Shown piece by piece: positions 4,887 to 13,628 of a DNA stretch of 39,274 nt. The notes below the pieces were generated by a model. It worked only from the letters and a program-made list of their open reading frames with translations, did no database searches and was not told where the DNA came from. The stretch lies in the IMG/VR virus record IMGVR_UViG_3300045988_104228, positions 1 through 39,274 of that record; one strand, given 5' to 3'. The stretch is from a virus. Both the position numbers and the translations under genes were made by a program. Within the stretch, counting starts at the first letter, position 1. Each line of letters begins with the position of its first letter.

Positions 4887-7377
4887 CCAATTTTTAGATG
4901 ACAAGATAGAAGTCGCCAAAGAGAGCGGGTTCGAGATATCGCTCGACGAAATTAACCCGGCACTCAAACCTCACCAGAAGCTCGCCGTTCAATGGGCGGT
5001 CAGAGGCGGCAGGCGCGGACTGTTCGAGCGGTTTGGACTCGGCAAGACCGTGCAGGAACTCGAATTTTGCCGTATAGTCACCGAGCATGAGGGCGGTCAG
5101 GCTCTTATAGTGCTTCCGCTCGGCGTGCGTCAAGAGTTCACCCGTGACGCAAGAGAGCTGTTGCATATCCCCGAGCCCGTATATGTCACCTGCATGGACG
5201 AGGTAAGAGCTTCAGATGCACAAATCCTCATGACCAACTACGAGCGAGTCAGAGACGGAGACATAGACCCCAAATATTTCACGGCGGTCAGCCTTGACGA
5301 GGCGGCGGTACTTCGCTCTTATGGCTCAAAAACCTATCAAACTTTTTTTCCGAAGTTCAAGGGAATTAAATATAAGCTTGTGGCGACCGCCACGCCGAGC
5401 CCGAACAGATATAAAGAGCTTATCCATTACGCAGGGTTTCTCGACCTTATGGACACGGGGCAGGCACTTACACGCTTTTTCAAACGCGATTCTACAAAAG
5501 CTAACAACCTGCAGCTCTATCCGAGTATGGAGCGTGAATTTTGGCTCTGGGTTGCGTCGTGGGGGCTGTTCCTAAGCTCGCCCGCCGACCTTGGACTCGA
5601 TGCGACGGGCTACGATTTACCGCCGTTTGAAGTCCGTACCCATGTCATAGACGACGACATGGAAAACTTGCCCGCCGACCGTGACGGACAGTTCAAGCTG
5701 TTGAGAGATACCGCGACATCGTTATCTGAGGCGGCACGGGAAAAAAGCTCAAGTATATTGGCGCGAGTAGCGAAAGCAAAAGAGCTGATAGACGAAGCAA
5801 GCCCCGACGAGCATTTTATTCTGTGGCATGACCTCGAAGCTGAACGTCATGCGATTAAAAAGGCTATTCCTGAAGCTGTCGACATTTACGGCAGTATGGA
5901 CTATGACGAACGCGAACGCCGCGTTATTGACTTCCAAGAGGGCAAAACAAGGATATTCGCCACAAAGAAGAGCCTTTCCGGCTGCGGGTGCAATTTTCAG
6001 AAATATTGCCACCGTGCGATATTCGTCGGTATTGACTATGAGTTCAACGACTTTATTCAGGCAATTCACAGAATACACCGCTTCTTGCAGACCGAAAAGG
6101 TGATTATCGACATAATCTATACCCAAGCGGAAGAAGAAATCTGGGAAGCACTCCGTGAGAAGTGGAAACGGCACGACGAATTAGCACAGAAGATGTCCGA
6201 AATCATCAAAAAATACGGCTTGTCATCTCCGCATATCGCCGAGCAGCTGAAAAGAAGTAAAGGAGTCAAAAGAGTGGAAATCAAAAGAGAAAGGTTCACA
6301 GCCGTGAATAACGACTGCGTTGACGAGACACGAAAAATGCCCTCTGATAGCGTCGGATTGATTCACACGTCAATCCCATTCTCCAATCATTACGAATATA
6401 CCCCGTCATATAACGACTTCGGCCACAACGCGACAACAGCCCAGTTTTTCAAACAAATGGACTATTTGACCCCTGAACTGCTTCGCGTGTTACAGCCCGG
6501 CAGAGTCTGCGCGGTTCATGTTAAAGACCGCGTTCTCTTCGGCAATGTGACGGGCACGGGCTTTCCGACTGTTGAACCGTTCCACGCGATGTGCATAAGC
6601 CACTACCAAAAGCACGGCTTTCAGTATTTCGGCATGATAACCATCTGCACCGATGTTGTCCGCGAGAACAATCAAACTTACCGTCTCGGCTGGACGGAAC
6701 AGTGCAAAGACGGCACGAAGATGGGCGTCGGCTGTCCTGAATATATCTTGCTTTTCCGAAAACTTCCGAGCGATACAACGGACGGATATGCAGATGTCCC
6801 CGTCACCAAAAGCAAAGACGACTATACCCGCGCCCAGTGGCAGATTGACGCGAACGGTTATCAGCGGTCAAGCGGGAACCGACTTGTCACCCGCGAGGAA
6901 CTCAAAGACGCGCCCGTTCGAGTGCTCGAGAGAATGTATCGTCAATATTCCCGCGAAACGGTCTACGACTACGCCGACCACGTAAAACTCGCCAAAGAAC
7001 TCGATGAAAAGGGACATCTTCCCGCCACTTTCGCAGTGGTCTCGCCCGGCAGCTGGAGCGACGAGATATGGGACGATATCAACCGTATGCGCACACTCAA
7101 CACAACGCAGAGCAGACGCCGTCAGAATCTTCATGTATGCCCGTTGCAGCTCGATATCGTGGAGCGGGTAATAAACAGATATTCCAACAAAAACGACCTT
7201 GTATATGACCCGTTCGGCGGTCTTATGACCGTTCCGTATATGGCAGTTAAAATGGGGCGCAGGGGCTACGGTTGCGAACTTAACCCTGACTATTTCCGCG
7301 ATGGCGTGGGCTATCTCGAAGCGGCAGAAGCACAGATAGGCGCACCGACGCTATTTGACTTAATGGAGGGAGCTTAA
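4873..7377 (+). CDS. SNF2/DEAD-like helicase fused to an N6/N4-type DNA methyltransferase (834 aa)
   Basis: Helicase motifs FGLGKTVQ, SLDEAAVLRS, ATATPSPN and a helicase-C region; methylase motifs HTSIPFSNHY ((D/S)PP(Y/F)-like) and DPFGGLMTVPYMAVKMGRRGYGCELNPDYF (AdoMet motif I). Confidence 0.8.
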   Translation: MKTYDQFLDDKIEVAKESGFEISLDEINPALKPHQKLAVQWAVRGGRRGLFERFGLGKTVQELEFCRIVTEHEGGQALIVLPLGVRQEFTRDARELLHIPEPVYVTCMDEVRASDAQILMTNYERVRDGDIDPKYFTAVSLDEAAVLRSYGSKTYQTFFPKFKGIKYKLVATATPSPNRYKELIHYAGFLDLMDTGQALTRFFKRDSTKANNLQLYPSMEREFWLWVASWGLFLSSPADLGLDATGYDLPPFEVRTHVIDDDMENLPADRDGQFKLLRDTATSLSEAAREKSSSILARVAKAKELIDEASPDEHFILWHDLEAERHAIKKAIPEAVDIYGSMDYDERERRVIDFQEGKTRIFATKKSLSGCGCNFQKYCHRAIFVGIDYEFNDFIQAIHRIHRFLQTEKVIIDIIYTQAEEEIWEALREKWKRHDELAQKMSEIIKKYGLSSPHIAEQLKRSKGVKRVEIKRERFTAVNNDCVDETRKMPSDSVGLIHTSIPFSNHYEYTPSYNDFGHNATTAQFFKQMDYLTPELLRVLQPGRVCAVHVKDRVLFGNVTGTGFPTVEPFHAMCISHYQKHGFQYFGMITICTDVVRENNQTYRLGWTEQCKDGTKMGVGCPEYILLFRKLPSDTTDGYADVPVTKSKDDYTRAQWQIDANGYQRSSGNRLVTREELKDAPVRVLERMYRQYSRETVYDYADHVKLAKELDEKGHLPATFAVVSPGSWSDEIWDDINRMRTLNTTQSRRRQNLHVCPLQLDIVERVINRYSNKNDLVYDPFGGLMTVPYMAVKMGRRGYGCELNPDYFRDGVGYLEAAEAQIGAPTLFDLMEGA

Positions 7378-7673
7378 TGGCACTAACTCTTGGCAGTTTA
7401 TTCGACGGCATAGGTGGATTTCCGTTAGCGGCTGAACTTGCGGGTATCAAACCTGTGTGGGCGGCAGAAATTGACCCGTTTTGTGTCGCTGTGACAAAAA
7501 AACGCTTCCCGGAAATGGAACATTTAGGAAGTGTCACCGAAATAGACGGGACAAAAATAAAGCCCGTCGACATAATCACGTTCGGCTCACCGTGTCAAGA
7601 TTTAAGCACTGCCGGAAAGCGGGCGGGCTTAGCGGGAGAACGTAGCGGTTTTTTTTGGAAGCCGTTAGAATAA
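7377..7673 (+). CDS. dcm: DNA (cytosine-5)-methyltransferase, N-terminal part (motifs I and IV); reading frame lost in a T8 run
   Basis: LFDGIGGFPLA (motif I), ITFGSPCQDLSTAGKR (motif IV); ends ...ERSGFFWKPLE* instead of the expected ...RSGxFxEAVRII. Confidence 0.85.
   Translation: MALTLGSLFDGIGGFPLAAELAGIKPVWAAEIDPFCVAVTKKRFPEMEHLGSVTEIDGTKIKPVDIITFGSPCQDLSTAGKRAGLAGERSGFFWKPLE
7649..7656 (+). repeat. T8 homopolymer at the dcm frame break
   Basis: ggTTTTTTTTgg read directly; upstream frame 0 and downstream frame -1 both carry Dcm motifs. Confidence 0.95.
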
Positions 7674-8713
7674 TTTACGAAATGAGGTCGGCAACTAATG
7701 GAGAATACCCAACTTTCATTCTTTGGGAAAATGTTCCCGGAGCATTCAGCAGTAATCAACGGCGTGACTTTAGAACCGTGCTCGAAGAGCTCACAAAAAC
7801 CGATATTCCAATGCCTGGAAGTGGGCGGTGGGCGACCGCCGGAGTGGTTCGAGGGGGGGAGCTTTGCGTCGCATGGCGACAGCTTGATGCTCAGTATTGG
7901 GGAGTTCCCCAGCGCAGAAAGCGCATCTACCTTGTCGGAAGTTTTGGAAGTAATCGCGCCGAAAAAATATTATTTGAGCGCGACGGCGTGCGCAGGTATC
8001 TTACGAAGAACAGAGAATCGTGGCAAAGAGCTACCCCCGATGTTGAAAGCAGCGTTAATGTCTGTTGTTGCGATGCAAGAGGCAACGGCGGAAAAGGAAT
8101 AGCTCCCACGATGACGGGCGACCATAACGGACATATCAGCGATTATACCGCAATATTGACGTATAATATCTGTTCTTTAAGTTCAACCTCGATGAAGTCG
8201 GATAATCTGCACAGCGGCGCCTACGAAACGGAAACCGCACGGACGCTTGATAGTAACGGCGGTAATCCCTTTTGTAACCAGGTCGGTATTGTTGTATGTG
8301 CTTCTGACCGAACTTCGTTCAATCAAGGCAAAAACGCTTGTTCCGATTTTGACATAAACGATAGCGACATAAATTCGACGCTTGTTGCAAAGAGTTCGTC
8401 GGCGGTTGCTTACAGCAGCGTTCTCCGGCGGCTTACACCGCTCGAGTGTGAGCGTTTGCAAGGATATCCCGATTATTGGACGACATTACCCAAAATAGAC
8501 AAAATGACAGATGATGAGGTCGAATTTTACAAAGCAGTATATTTGACCGACAAAAAAATCAGAGGAAAAACAGCAAAAACACCCTCTAAAGCCGCGCTTA
8601 TTAGCTGGTACAACAAACTCGACAACGACGGCAACAGATACAGAGCGTTAGGAAACAGCCTCGCGATACCGTGTGCCTTGAGAGTTATAGAGGGAATCGC
8701 GAAAGGAGTTTAA
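7655..8713 (+). CDS. dcm: DNA (cytosine-5)-methyltransferase, C-terminal part (motifs VI, VIII, TRD, IX, X); first in-frame ATG at 7682
   Basis: EAVRIIYEMR, ILWENVPGAFSS (VI), YWGVPQRRKRIYLV (VIII), RRLTPLECERLQGYPDYWT (IX), YRALGNSLAIPC (X). Confidence 0.85.
   Translation: MEAVRIIYEMRSATNGEYPTFILWENVPGAFSSNQRRDFRTVLEELTKTDIPMPGSGRWATAGVVRGGELCVAWRQLDAQYWGVPQRRKRIYLVGSFGSNRAEKILFERDGVRRYLTKNRESWQRATPDVESSVNVCCCDARGNGGKGIAPTMTGDHNGHISDYTAILTYNICSLSSTSMKSDNLHSGAYETETARTLDSNGGNPFCNQVGIVVCASDRTSFNQGKNACSDFDINDSDINSTLVAKSSSAVAYSSVLRRLTPLECERLQGYPDYWTTLPKIDKMTDDEVEFYKAVYLTDKKIRGKTAKTPSKAALISWYNKLDNDGNRYRALGNSLAIPCALRVIEGIAKGV
7698..8102 (+). CDS. Candidate overlapping gene (134 aa), +1 frame relative to the dcm C-terminal part
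   Basis: ATG preceded by GAGGT at about 9 nt; translation is not low-complexity (…SIGEFPSAESASTLSEVLEVIAPKKYYLSATACAGILRRTENRGKELPPMLKAAL…); no independent evidence. Confidence 0.25.
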   Translation: MENTQLSFFGKMFPEHSAVINGVTLEPCSKSSQKPIFQCLEVGGGRPPEWFEGGSFASHGDSLMLSIGEFPSAESASTLSEVLEVIAPKKYYLSATACAGILRRTENRGKELPPMLKAALMSVVAMQEATAEKE

Positions 8714-8715
8714 AA

Positions 8716-9768
8716 ATGAAACTGACCTGTAATACATACGACCTCAAGGCAGCTTGTGCCAAAGCTGCAAGAGTCATTGACAAATCGCCGTCTCCGGCTA
8801 CAAACGGACTCTTGCTCAAGGCAGAAAGTGGAGTCCTGACCGTGACGGGATATAATCTCACGATTGGAATATCCGTCAAAATCCCCGCGATGATAGAGAT
8901 TCCCGGAGCGATAATCGCCGACGCGAAGATTCTGACAAATGCAGCGGGCAAGCTTCAAAAGTTTGAGACGGCACTATCAACGGATGAAGATGTTCTCACC
9001 GTCCAGAACGGACGCTCGAATCTCAAGGTCAAAGGCATACCTGCGGAGCAATACCCCGAGCTTCCAACTCCCGAAGATGGCACAACTTGCCGAGTTGACG
9101 GAGCGAATCTCGTCAAGCTGATTAAAAAAACCGTGTTCGCCGCCGCAGATGATAAGGGCGTGAGAATGACCGTCTCCGACAACCTCAGACTCTGCGCGAC
9201 TGACGGGTTCACACTCGCTGAGTCAAGCATACCGTGCGAAGAGGGGACAGCACCGGGCGCAACGGTAACAATTCCGCCAAAGGCACTGCTCGAGCTTTCG
9301 GACGCGACCGACGCGGTCGAGATATCCGTCTCAAGCAAACATTTTATAGCGCAGACCCGCGATTATACGCTGTTTTCGCGCCTTATGTCTACCGCGTGGG
9401 GAATCGATGTGGACAAGATTATTCCCAAAAACACAGCTTCGGTCAAGACGGATTTTAAAGCCCTCACATCTGCGCTCGAAAGAGTTCAGATTCTCGCGAG
9501 CACCGAGACACAGCCTGTTAAGATGTCGCTCTCAAGAGATGCCATTGAACTATCTGTGAGGACGACGATAGGCAGTGCCACCGATTCAGTGATGGGCGAG
9601 ACCGATTCAGACCTCGTGATAGGAATCAACGCGAGATATCTCGTCGGAGTGCTTAAAGCGGCTGAGACTGACAGCTTTCTTGTCAGCTCTCCCGTGTCTC
9701 CGTTGGTATTCAAGGACGACTCAAGCACCTATATTTTACTCCCGGTGCGACTGAGGGAAAGAATATGA
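8716..9768 (+). CDS. dnaN: DNA polymerase III beta sliding-clamp homolog (351 aa)
   Basis: Length and three-domain layout; LLLKAESGVLTVTGYNL, LCATDGFTLAE, INARYLVGVLKA and C-terminal YILLPVRL are typical of DnaN; SD GAAAGGAG. Confidence 0.75.
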   Translation: MKLTCNTYDLKAACAKAARVIDKSPSPATNGLLLKAESGVLTVTGYNLTIGISVKIPAMIEIPGAIIADAKILTNAAGKLQKFETALSTDEDVLTVQNGRSNLKVKGIPAEQYPELPTPEDGTTCRVDGANLVKLIKKTVFAAADDKGVRMTVSDNLRLCATDGFTLAESSIPCEEGTAPGATVTIPPKALLELSDATDAVEISVSSKHFIAQTRDYTLFSRLMSTAWGIDVDKIIPKNTASVKTDFKALTSALERVQILASTETQPVKMSLSRDAIELSVRTTIGSATDSVMGETDSDLVIGINARYLVGVLKAAETDSFLVSSPVSPLVFKDDSSTYILLPVRLRERI

Positions 9769-9899
9769 GATACAACGACGCAGACCAAACACCGCCCGTT
9801 CAGACAACGGCGGCACAGGACGAACAAATAAAACAAATGACAGCAACCGATTGTATCAACTACCTATTTCAAATAATGAAGGGAGAAACAAAAAGATGA
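9765..9899 (+). CDS. Small hypothetical ORF (44 aa)
   Basis: ATG overlaps the dnaN stop (ATGA) and the ORF fills the gap to the next gene; no recognisable domain. Confidence 0.3.
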   Translation: MRYNDADQTPPVQTTAAQDEQIKQMTATDCINYLFQIMKGETKR

Positions 9900-10384
9900 A
9901 GCTCTATGAACTCGACAACGAATACCTCGATTTTATCGCAGCTGTCGAAGATGGGACAATCCCGGAGGACGCTATCGAAGATACCCTTGAAATGCTCAAC
10001 GGCGACTACAAAGACAAGCTGGACAACACCGTTTGTGCTATCAAGAATTTGACCGCCGAAGCTAAGATGATAGACGAAGAGATAAAAGCTCTGACGGCGA
10101 GAAAAAAAGCAAAAGAAAACTCCGTCGACTATCTTAAAAGCTGCGTGTCTCGCTCTATGCAGTGCAGAGGTGAAACCTCTTTCGAGAGCGCGAGAAACAA
10201 AGTCGCTTTTCGCAAGTCTGAACGTCTCGTAATCGCAGATGAAGCCGCATTTGTGGAAAAATATCCGGAGTTTGTCACATTTACCCCGAAAATCAGCAAG
10301 ACCGATGTCAAAACGGCGGTCAAGTCCGGCGAATCGTTTGACGGCGCGGACATTGTGGAAGTCCAGAACATTCAGATTAAGTGA
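9896..10384 (+). CDS. Siphovirus Gp157-family protein
   Basis: MKLYELDNEYLDFIAAVEDG...IEDTLEMLNGDYKDKLDNTVCAIKNL is typical of Gp157; lies upstream of a recombinase as usual. Confidence 0.65.
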   Translation: MKLYELDNEYLDFIAAVEDGTIPEDAIEDTLEMLNGDYKDKLDNTVCAIKNLTAEAKMIDEEIKALTARKKAKENSVDYLKSCVSRSMQCRGETSFESARNKVAFRKSERLVIADEAAFVEKYPEFVTFTPKISKTDVKTAVKSGESFDGADIVEVQNIQIK

Positions 10385-10392
10385 GGTGCAAC

Positions 10393-11070
10393 ATGGATAA
10401 TCTTGAAATTTACAGTAGGGTTTGCGAAGTGCCCGGCAACGCACAGAAGACAATCGCGGCGGGTCGTCTCAAGGGATTCACAGACATTAACCCGATGTGG
10501 CGCATTAAGAAGCTGACCGAGGTATTCGGGGCTTGCGGCATCGGCTGGTACACAGACAATATCATGGAGTGGCTTGAGGACGGAGCAGACGGAACAAAGA
10601 CGGCGCACGTCAGCCTTAATCTTTATGTCCGCATAGACGGCGAGTGGAGCAAGCCTATTTTTGGCATCGGCGGCGCGTCATACATATCCAAAGAGCGGAG
10701 CGGAACTTATACATCGGATGAGTGCTTTAAAATGGCATATACCGACGCGCTTTCCGTCGCTTGTAAGGCATTAGGTTTTGGCGCAAATGTCTATTGGGCG
10801 GCAGGAAGAAGCAAATACAGCTCTCAGAACACCCAGTCGACACCCGCAGACGAAAAGATAAACCGTGAAGCCGTAAATCTTGCCACGCGCGACCTAATGG
10901 GCGAGTTTGCGAAGCTCAGAGGGAAAAGTATAGGCGAAGTAGAAAACGCGCTCATGCGCCAAATTTCAGCCCCTGAGGGCATGTCTCTTGAAACTATATC
11001 AGACAGTTTGGCAGAAAGGGCAAAAACTCAGATAGCCGTCTGGCTTAAAGCGGCAAAGGAGCAGTCATGA
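10393..11070 (+). CDS. Single-strand annealing protein, Rad52/Sak-like
   Basis: FTDINPMWRIKKLTEVFGACGIGW and AYTDALSVACKALGFGANVYW resemble Rad52-type annealases; SD GAGGTG. Confidence 0.55.
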   Translation: MDNLEIYSRVCEVPGNAQKTIAAGRLKGFTDINPMWRIKKLTEVFGACGIGWYTDNIMEWLEDGADGTKTAHVSLNLYVRIDGEWSKPIFGIGGASYISKERSGTYTSDECFKMAYTDALSVACKALGFGANVYWAAGRSKYSSQNTQSTPADEKINREAVNLATRDLMGEFAKLRGKSIGEVENALMRQISAPEGMSLETISDSLAERAKTQIAVWLKAAKEQS

Positions 11071-11621
11071 CGATTGAAAAAGCCGACTGGCTCTTTGAGT
11101 CCGACGGATTCTATCTCAAGTTCAAGGTCAAAAACCGCGAAGAAGGTCAGCGCATAGTGGCAGAAGTTAAATCTTCGGACAAGCCCTATGAGTTGACCGT
11201 CGAGAAGAAAAAGCGCAAGCGCAGTCTTAACGCGAACGCCTATTGCTGGGTTCTTTGCACCAAACTTGCAGACAGGCTTAGCGTTACCACAAAAATCAAG
11301 ACCACCAAAGAAGATATATACCGAAATGCCGTCCGAGAGTTAGGCATATATCGTGACTTTCCGGGACTGGGTACGGACGAAGCAAACACCCTGCGCACAG
11401 CATGGGAAATGCTTGGCACGGGGTGGATAACCGAGCAGGTGGATTTTGAAGCCGATGGCGATCACATTAGAGTCAGGTGCTATTACGGAAGCAGCACATA
11501 CAACACTCGCCAGATGTCGCGGCTCATAGACAACCTCGTGCAGGACTGTAAAGCGGTCGGAGTAGAAACGCTGACCCCCGAAGAACTGGCAAGGCTGAAA
11601 GGCACGTGGACGAGTGAATAG
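11067..11621 (+). CDS. NinB/Orf-like recombination mediator (putative)
   Basis: KRSLNANAYCWVLCTKLADRL resembles the RSLxQN..W motif of lambda NinB; sits in a recombination-module context. Confidence 0.4.
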   Translation: MTIEKADWLFESDGFYLKFKVKNREEGQRIVAEVKSSDKPYELTVEKKKRKRSLNANAYCWVLCTKLADRLSVTTKIKTTKEDIYRNAVRELGIYRDFPGLGTDEANTLRTAWEMLGTGWITEQVDFEADGDHIRVRCYYGSSTYNTRQMSRLIDNLVQDCKAVGVETLTPEELARLKGTWTSE

Positions 11622-11892
11622 CATTATACAGGCAGAACATAATTGCTTTTTGTGTGGACGCGCTGATTGGCTGGAAAAGCACCACATCTTCGGCGCGTCC
11701 AATAGAAAAAACAGCGAAAAATACGGCTTAACCGTGTATCTGTGCCACTGGTGCCACAACGAGCCGCCGGACGGTGTACACCACAACGCGGACAACCGTC
11801 ACCGCCTACAGGAATTGGCACAAAAAAAGTTTGAGGAGGTCTATCCTGACCTTGATTTTATAAAGATTTTCGGGAGGAATTACAAATGGTAA
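11614..11892 (+). CDS. Zinc-binding HNH-like protein
   Basis: CFLCGR...LEKHHIFG...LCHWCHN: CxxC/HH/CxxCH arrangement. Confidence 0.45.
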   Translation: MNSIIQAEHNCFLCGRADWLEKHHIFGASNRKNSEKYGLTVYLCHWCHNEPPDGVHHNADNRHRLQELAQKKFEEVYPDLDFIKIFGRNYKW

Positions 11893-12092
11893 GACAGAAT
11901 TGCTTTGCCTATGGCTCAGCAACGGAAAACGGCTGCAAGGCGTTGATAAAGCGCGAGTGCGACAAATGCAAGTTTTACAAGACGGCAAACGACGACGAAA
12001 TCGAAAAACTTAACTGCGAGCTCAGAATCCGCCGCATATATCAGATGTCGTCGAAAGATTTTTTAAATAACAGGAGGTCAAACAATGATTAA
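11886..12092 (+). CDS. Small Cys-rich hypothetical protein
   Basis: ORF tightly packed between neighbouring genes; no recognised domain. Confidence 0.45.
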   Translation: MVRQNCFAYGSATENGCKALIKRECDKCKFYKTANDDEIEKLNCELRIRRIYQMSSKDFLNNRRSNND

Positions 12093-12462
12093 CAGCGTAA
12101 TCCTCATGGGTAGGTTGACCGCCGACCCCGAACTCAGACAGACTCAGAACGGCACAGCGGTAACATCGTTCACTGTAGCCGTCGACCGCAGATTCCAGCG
12201 CGGACAGACCGACTTTATCAACGTTGTCGCATGGAAGCAGACCGCCGAGTTTGTCGAAAAGTATTTCAAAAAAGGTGCAATGATAGCGCTTCGCGGCAGT
12301 ATTCAGCAGCGCAACTATGAGGACAAAAACGGCAACAAGCGCACCGCATTTGAAGTTATTGCCGACGAAGTTAGCTTCTGCGGGTCAAAGGCGGACAAGC
12401 CGCAGACCCCGAACAACGACGACTTCGAGGAAATACCCATAAGCGACGACTTGCCGTTCTGA
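12085..12462 (+). CDS. ssb: Single-stranded DNA-binding protein
   Basis: MINSVILMGRLTADPELRQTQNGTAVTSFTVAVDR OB-fold start; acidic tail ending DDLPF; SD AGGAGG. Confidence 0.95.
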   Translation: MINSVILMGRLTADPELRQTQNGTAVTSFTVAVDRRFQRGQTDFINVVAWKQTAEFVEKYFKKGAMIALRGSIQQRNYEDKNGNKRTAFEVIADEVSFCGSKADKPQTPNNDDFEEIPISDDLPF

Positions 12463-12471
12463 GGTAGCGAG

Positions 12472-12801
12472 ATGAACATAGTCGACTTTATACCCAAAGG
12501 CAAGGAAAACGCGGTCACGCGGGAAGCACTTTGCATTTATACGGGGCTCGACGACCGAACCGTTCGCAAGCTGATAGAGCTTGCAAGGGACGGCGGAGCA
12601 CCTATTCTTTCATCGTCGCATAGCGTCGGATATTGGCTTTCCGACGACATCGTCGAGATTAAAGCTTTCCTCAATGAGACTGACCGCCGTTGCAGAAGCT
12701 TGTCACGCAGAGCACAAGGGCTCAGACGCTATGTAGCGGAGCGCGAGGGAAAATATGTCGTTCCCGTACAAGCCCATTTCAGGACGATAAAAAGGAGCTG
12801 A
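12472..12801 (+). CDS. Hypothetical winged-helix-like protein
   Basis: SD GAGGT; sits upstream of the replisome organizer. Confidence 0.5.
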   Translation: MNIVDFIPKGKENAVTREALCIYTGLDDRTVRKLIELARDGGAPILSSSHSVGYWLSDDIVEIKAFLNETDRRCRSLSRRAQGLRRYVAEREGKYVVPVQAHFRTIKRS

Positions 12802-12805
12802 GACA

Positions 12806-13588
12806 ATGGAGCTCAAATGGATAAAACTCTGCGTTAATATCTTCGACGATGAAAAAATATCGCTCATCGAGAGTATGCCCGACGCTGATTCCATAATTGT
12901 TATATGGTTCAAAATCCTCTGTCTCGCGGGCAAGCAGAACAACTGCGGCGTGCTTATGCTTAGTGACCGCATACCATACACCGAGGAAATGCTTGCAACT
13001 ATCTTTCGCCGTCCTATATCTACCGTGCGTCTCGCTCTTACCACCTTTGAAAGCTTCGGAATGATAGAGGTTGTGAACGGCACAATAACTATCCCGAATT
13101 GGGAGAAGCACCAAAGTGTCGATAAGTTAGCCGAACTCAAGGAGTACAACCGACTCGCACAACAAAAATCCCGCGCAAAAAAGCGTGCCTTGCAGGCTGT
13201 CAATGACATGTCAATGACATGTCAACGAAGTCAAGGCATAGAAGAAGATACAGATAAAGATATAGAAGAAGATATAAAAGAAATAGATAAAGAAAAACCC
13301 ACGCGCCACAAATACGGTGAATATCAAAATGTTCTTCTGTCTGACGAAGACATTGAAAAACTGAAAAAAGAGTTTTTTGACTGGTCTGACAGAATCGAAC
13401 GCCTGAGCGCGTATATGGCAAGCACTGGCAAAAGTTATAAAAACCACCTTGCCACTATCAGAAACTGGGCGCGGCGTGATAGCAGGACTCCGACCGCAGA
13501 TGTCAAACCAAAAGGACAAGCTTCATATGACATCTCGGAGTTTGAGCGTCAGAACATGTCAAAGCCGATAGCCTACAAGAAAAAATAA
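12806..13588 (+). CDS. Phage replisome organizer (N-terminal domain family)
   Basis: WIKLCVNIFDDEKISLIESMPDADSIIVIWFKILCLAGKQNNCGVLML...IPNWEKHQ is characteristic of this family. Confidence 0.85.
   Translation: MELKWIKLCVNIFDDEKISLIESMPDADSIIVIWFKILCLAGKQNNCGVLMLSDRIPYTEEMLATIFRRPISTVRLALTTFESFGMIEVVNGTITIPNWEKHQSVDKLAELKEYNRLAQQKSRAKKRALQAVNDMSMTCQRSQGIEEDTDKDIEEDIKEIDKEKPTRHKYGEYQNVLLSDEDIEKLKKEFFDWSDRIERLSAYMASTGKSYKNHLATIRNWARRDSRTPTADVKPKGQASYDISEFERQNMSKPIAYKKK
13199..13300 (+). repeat. Iteron-like tandem repeat (GTCAATGACAT x2.5) followed by a purine-rich repetitive tract inside the replisome organizer gene; candidate origin
   Basis: gtcaatgacatgtcaatgacatgtcaacg, then gaagaagatacagataaagatatagaagaagatataaaagaaatagataaagaaaaa. 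Confidence 0.35.
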
Positions 13589-13628
13589 TGCAGTGCCCGG
13601 GCGAAAGTCCGGGCAGAAAGGAAAAATT

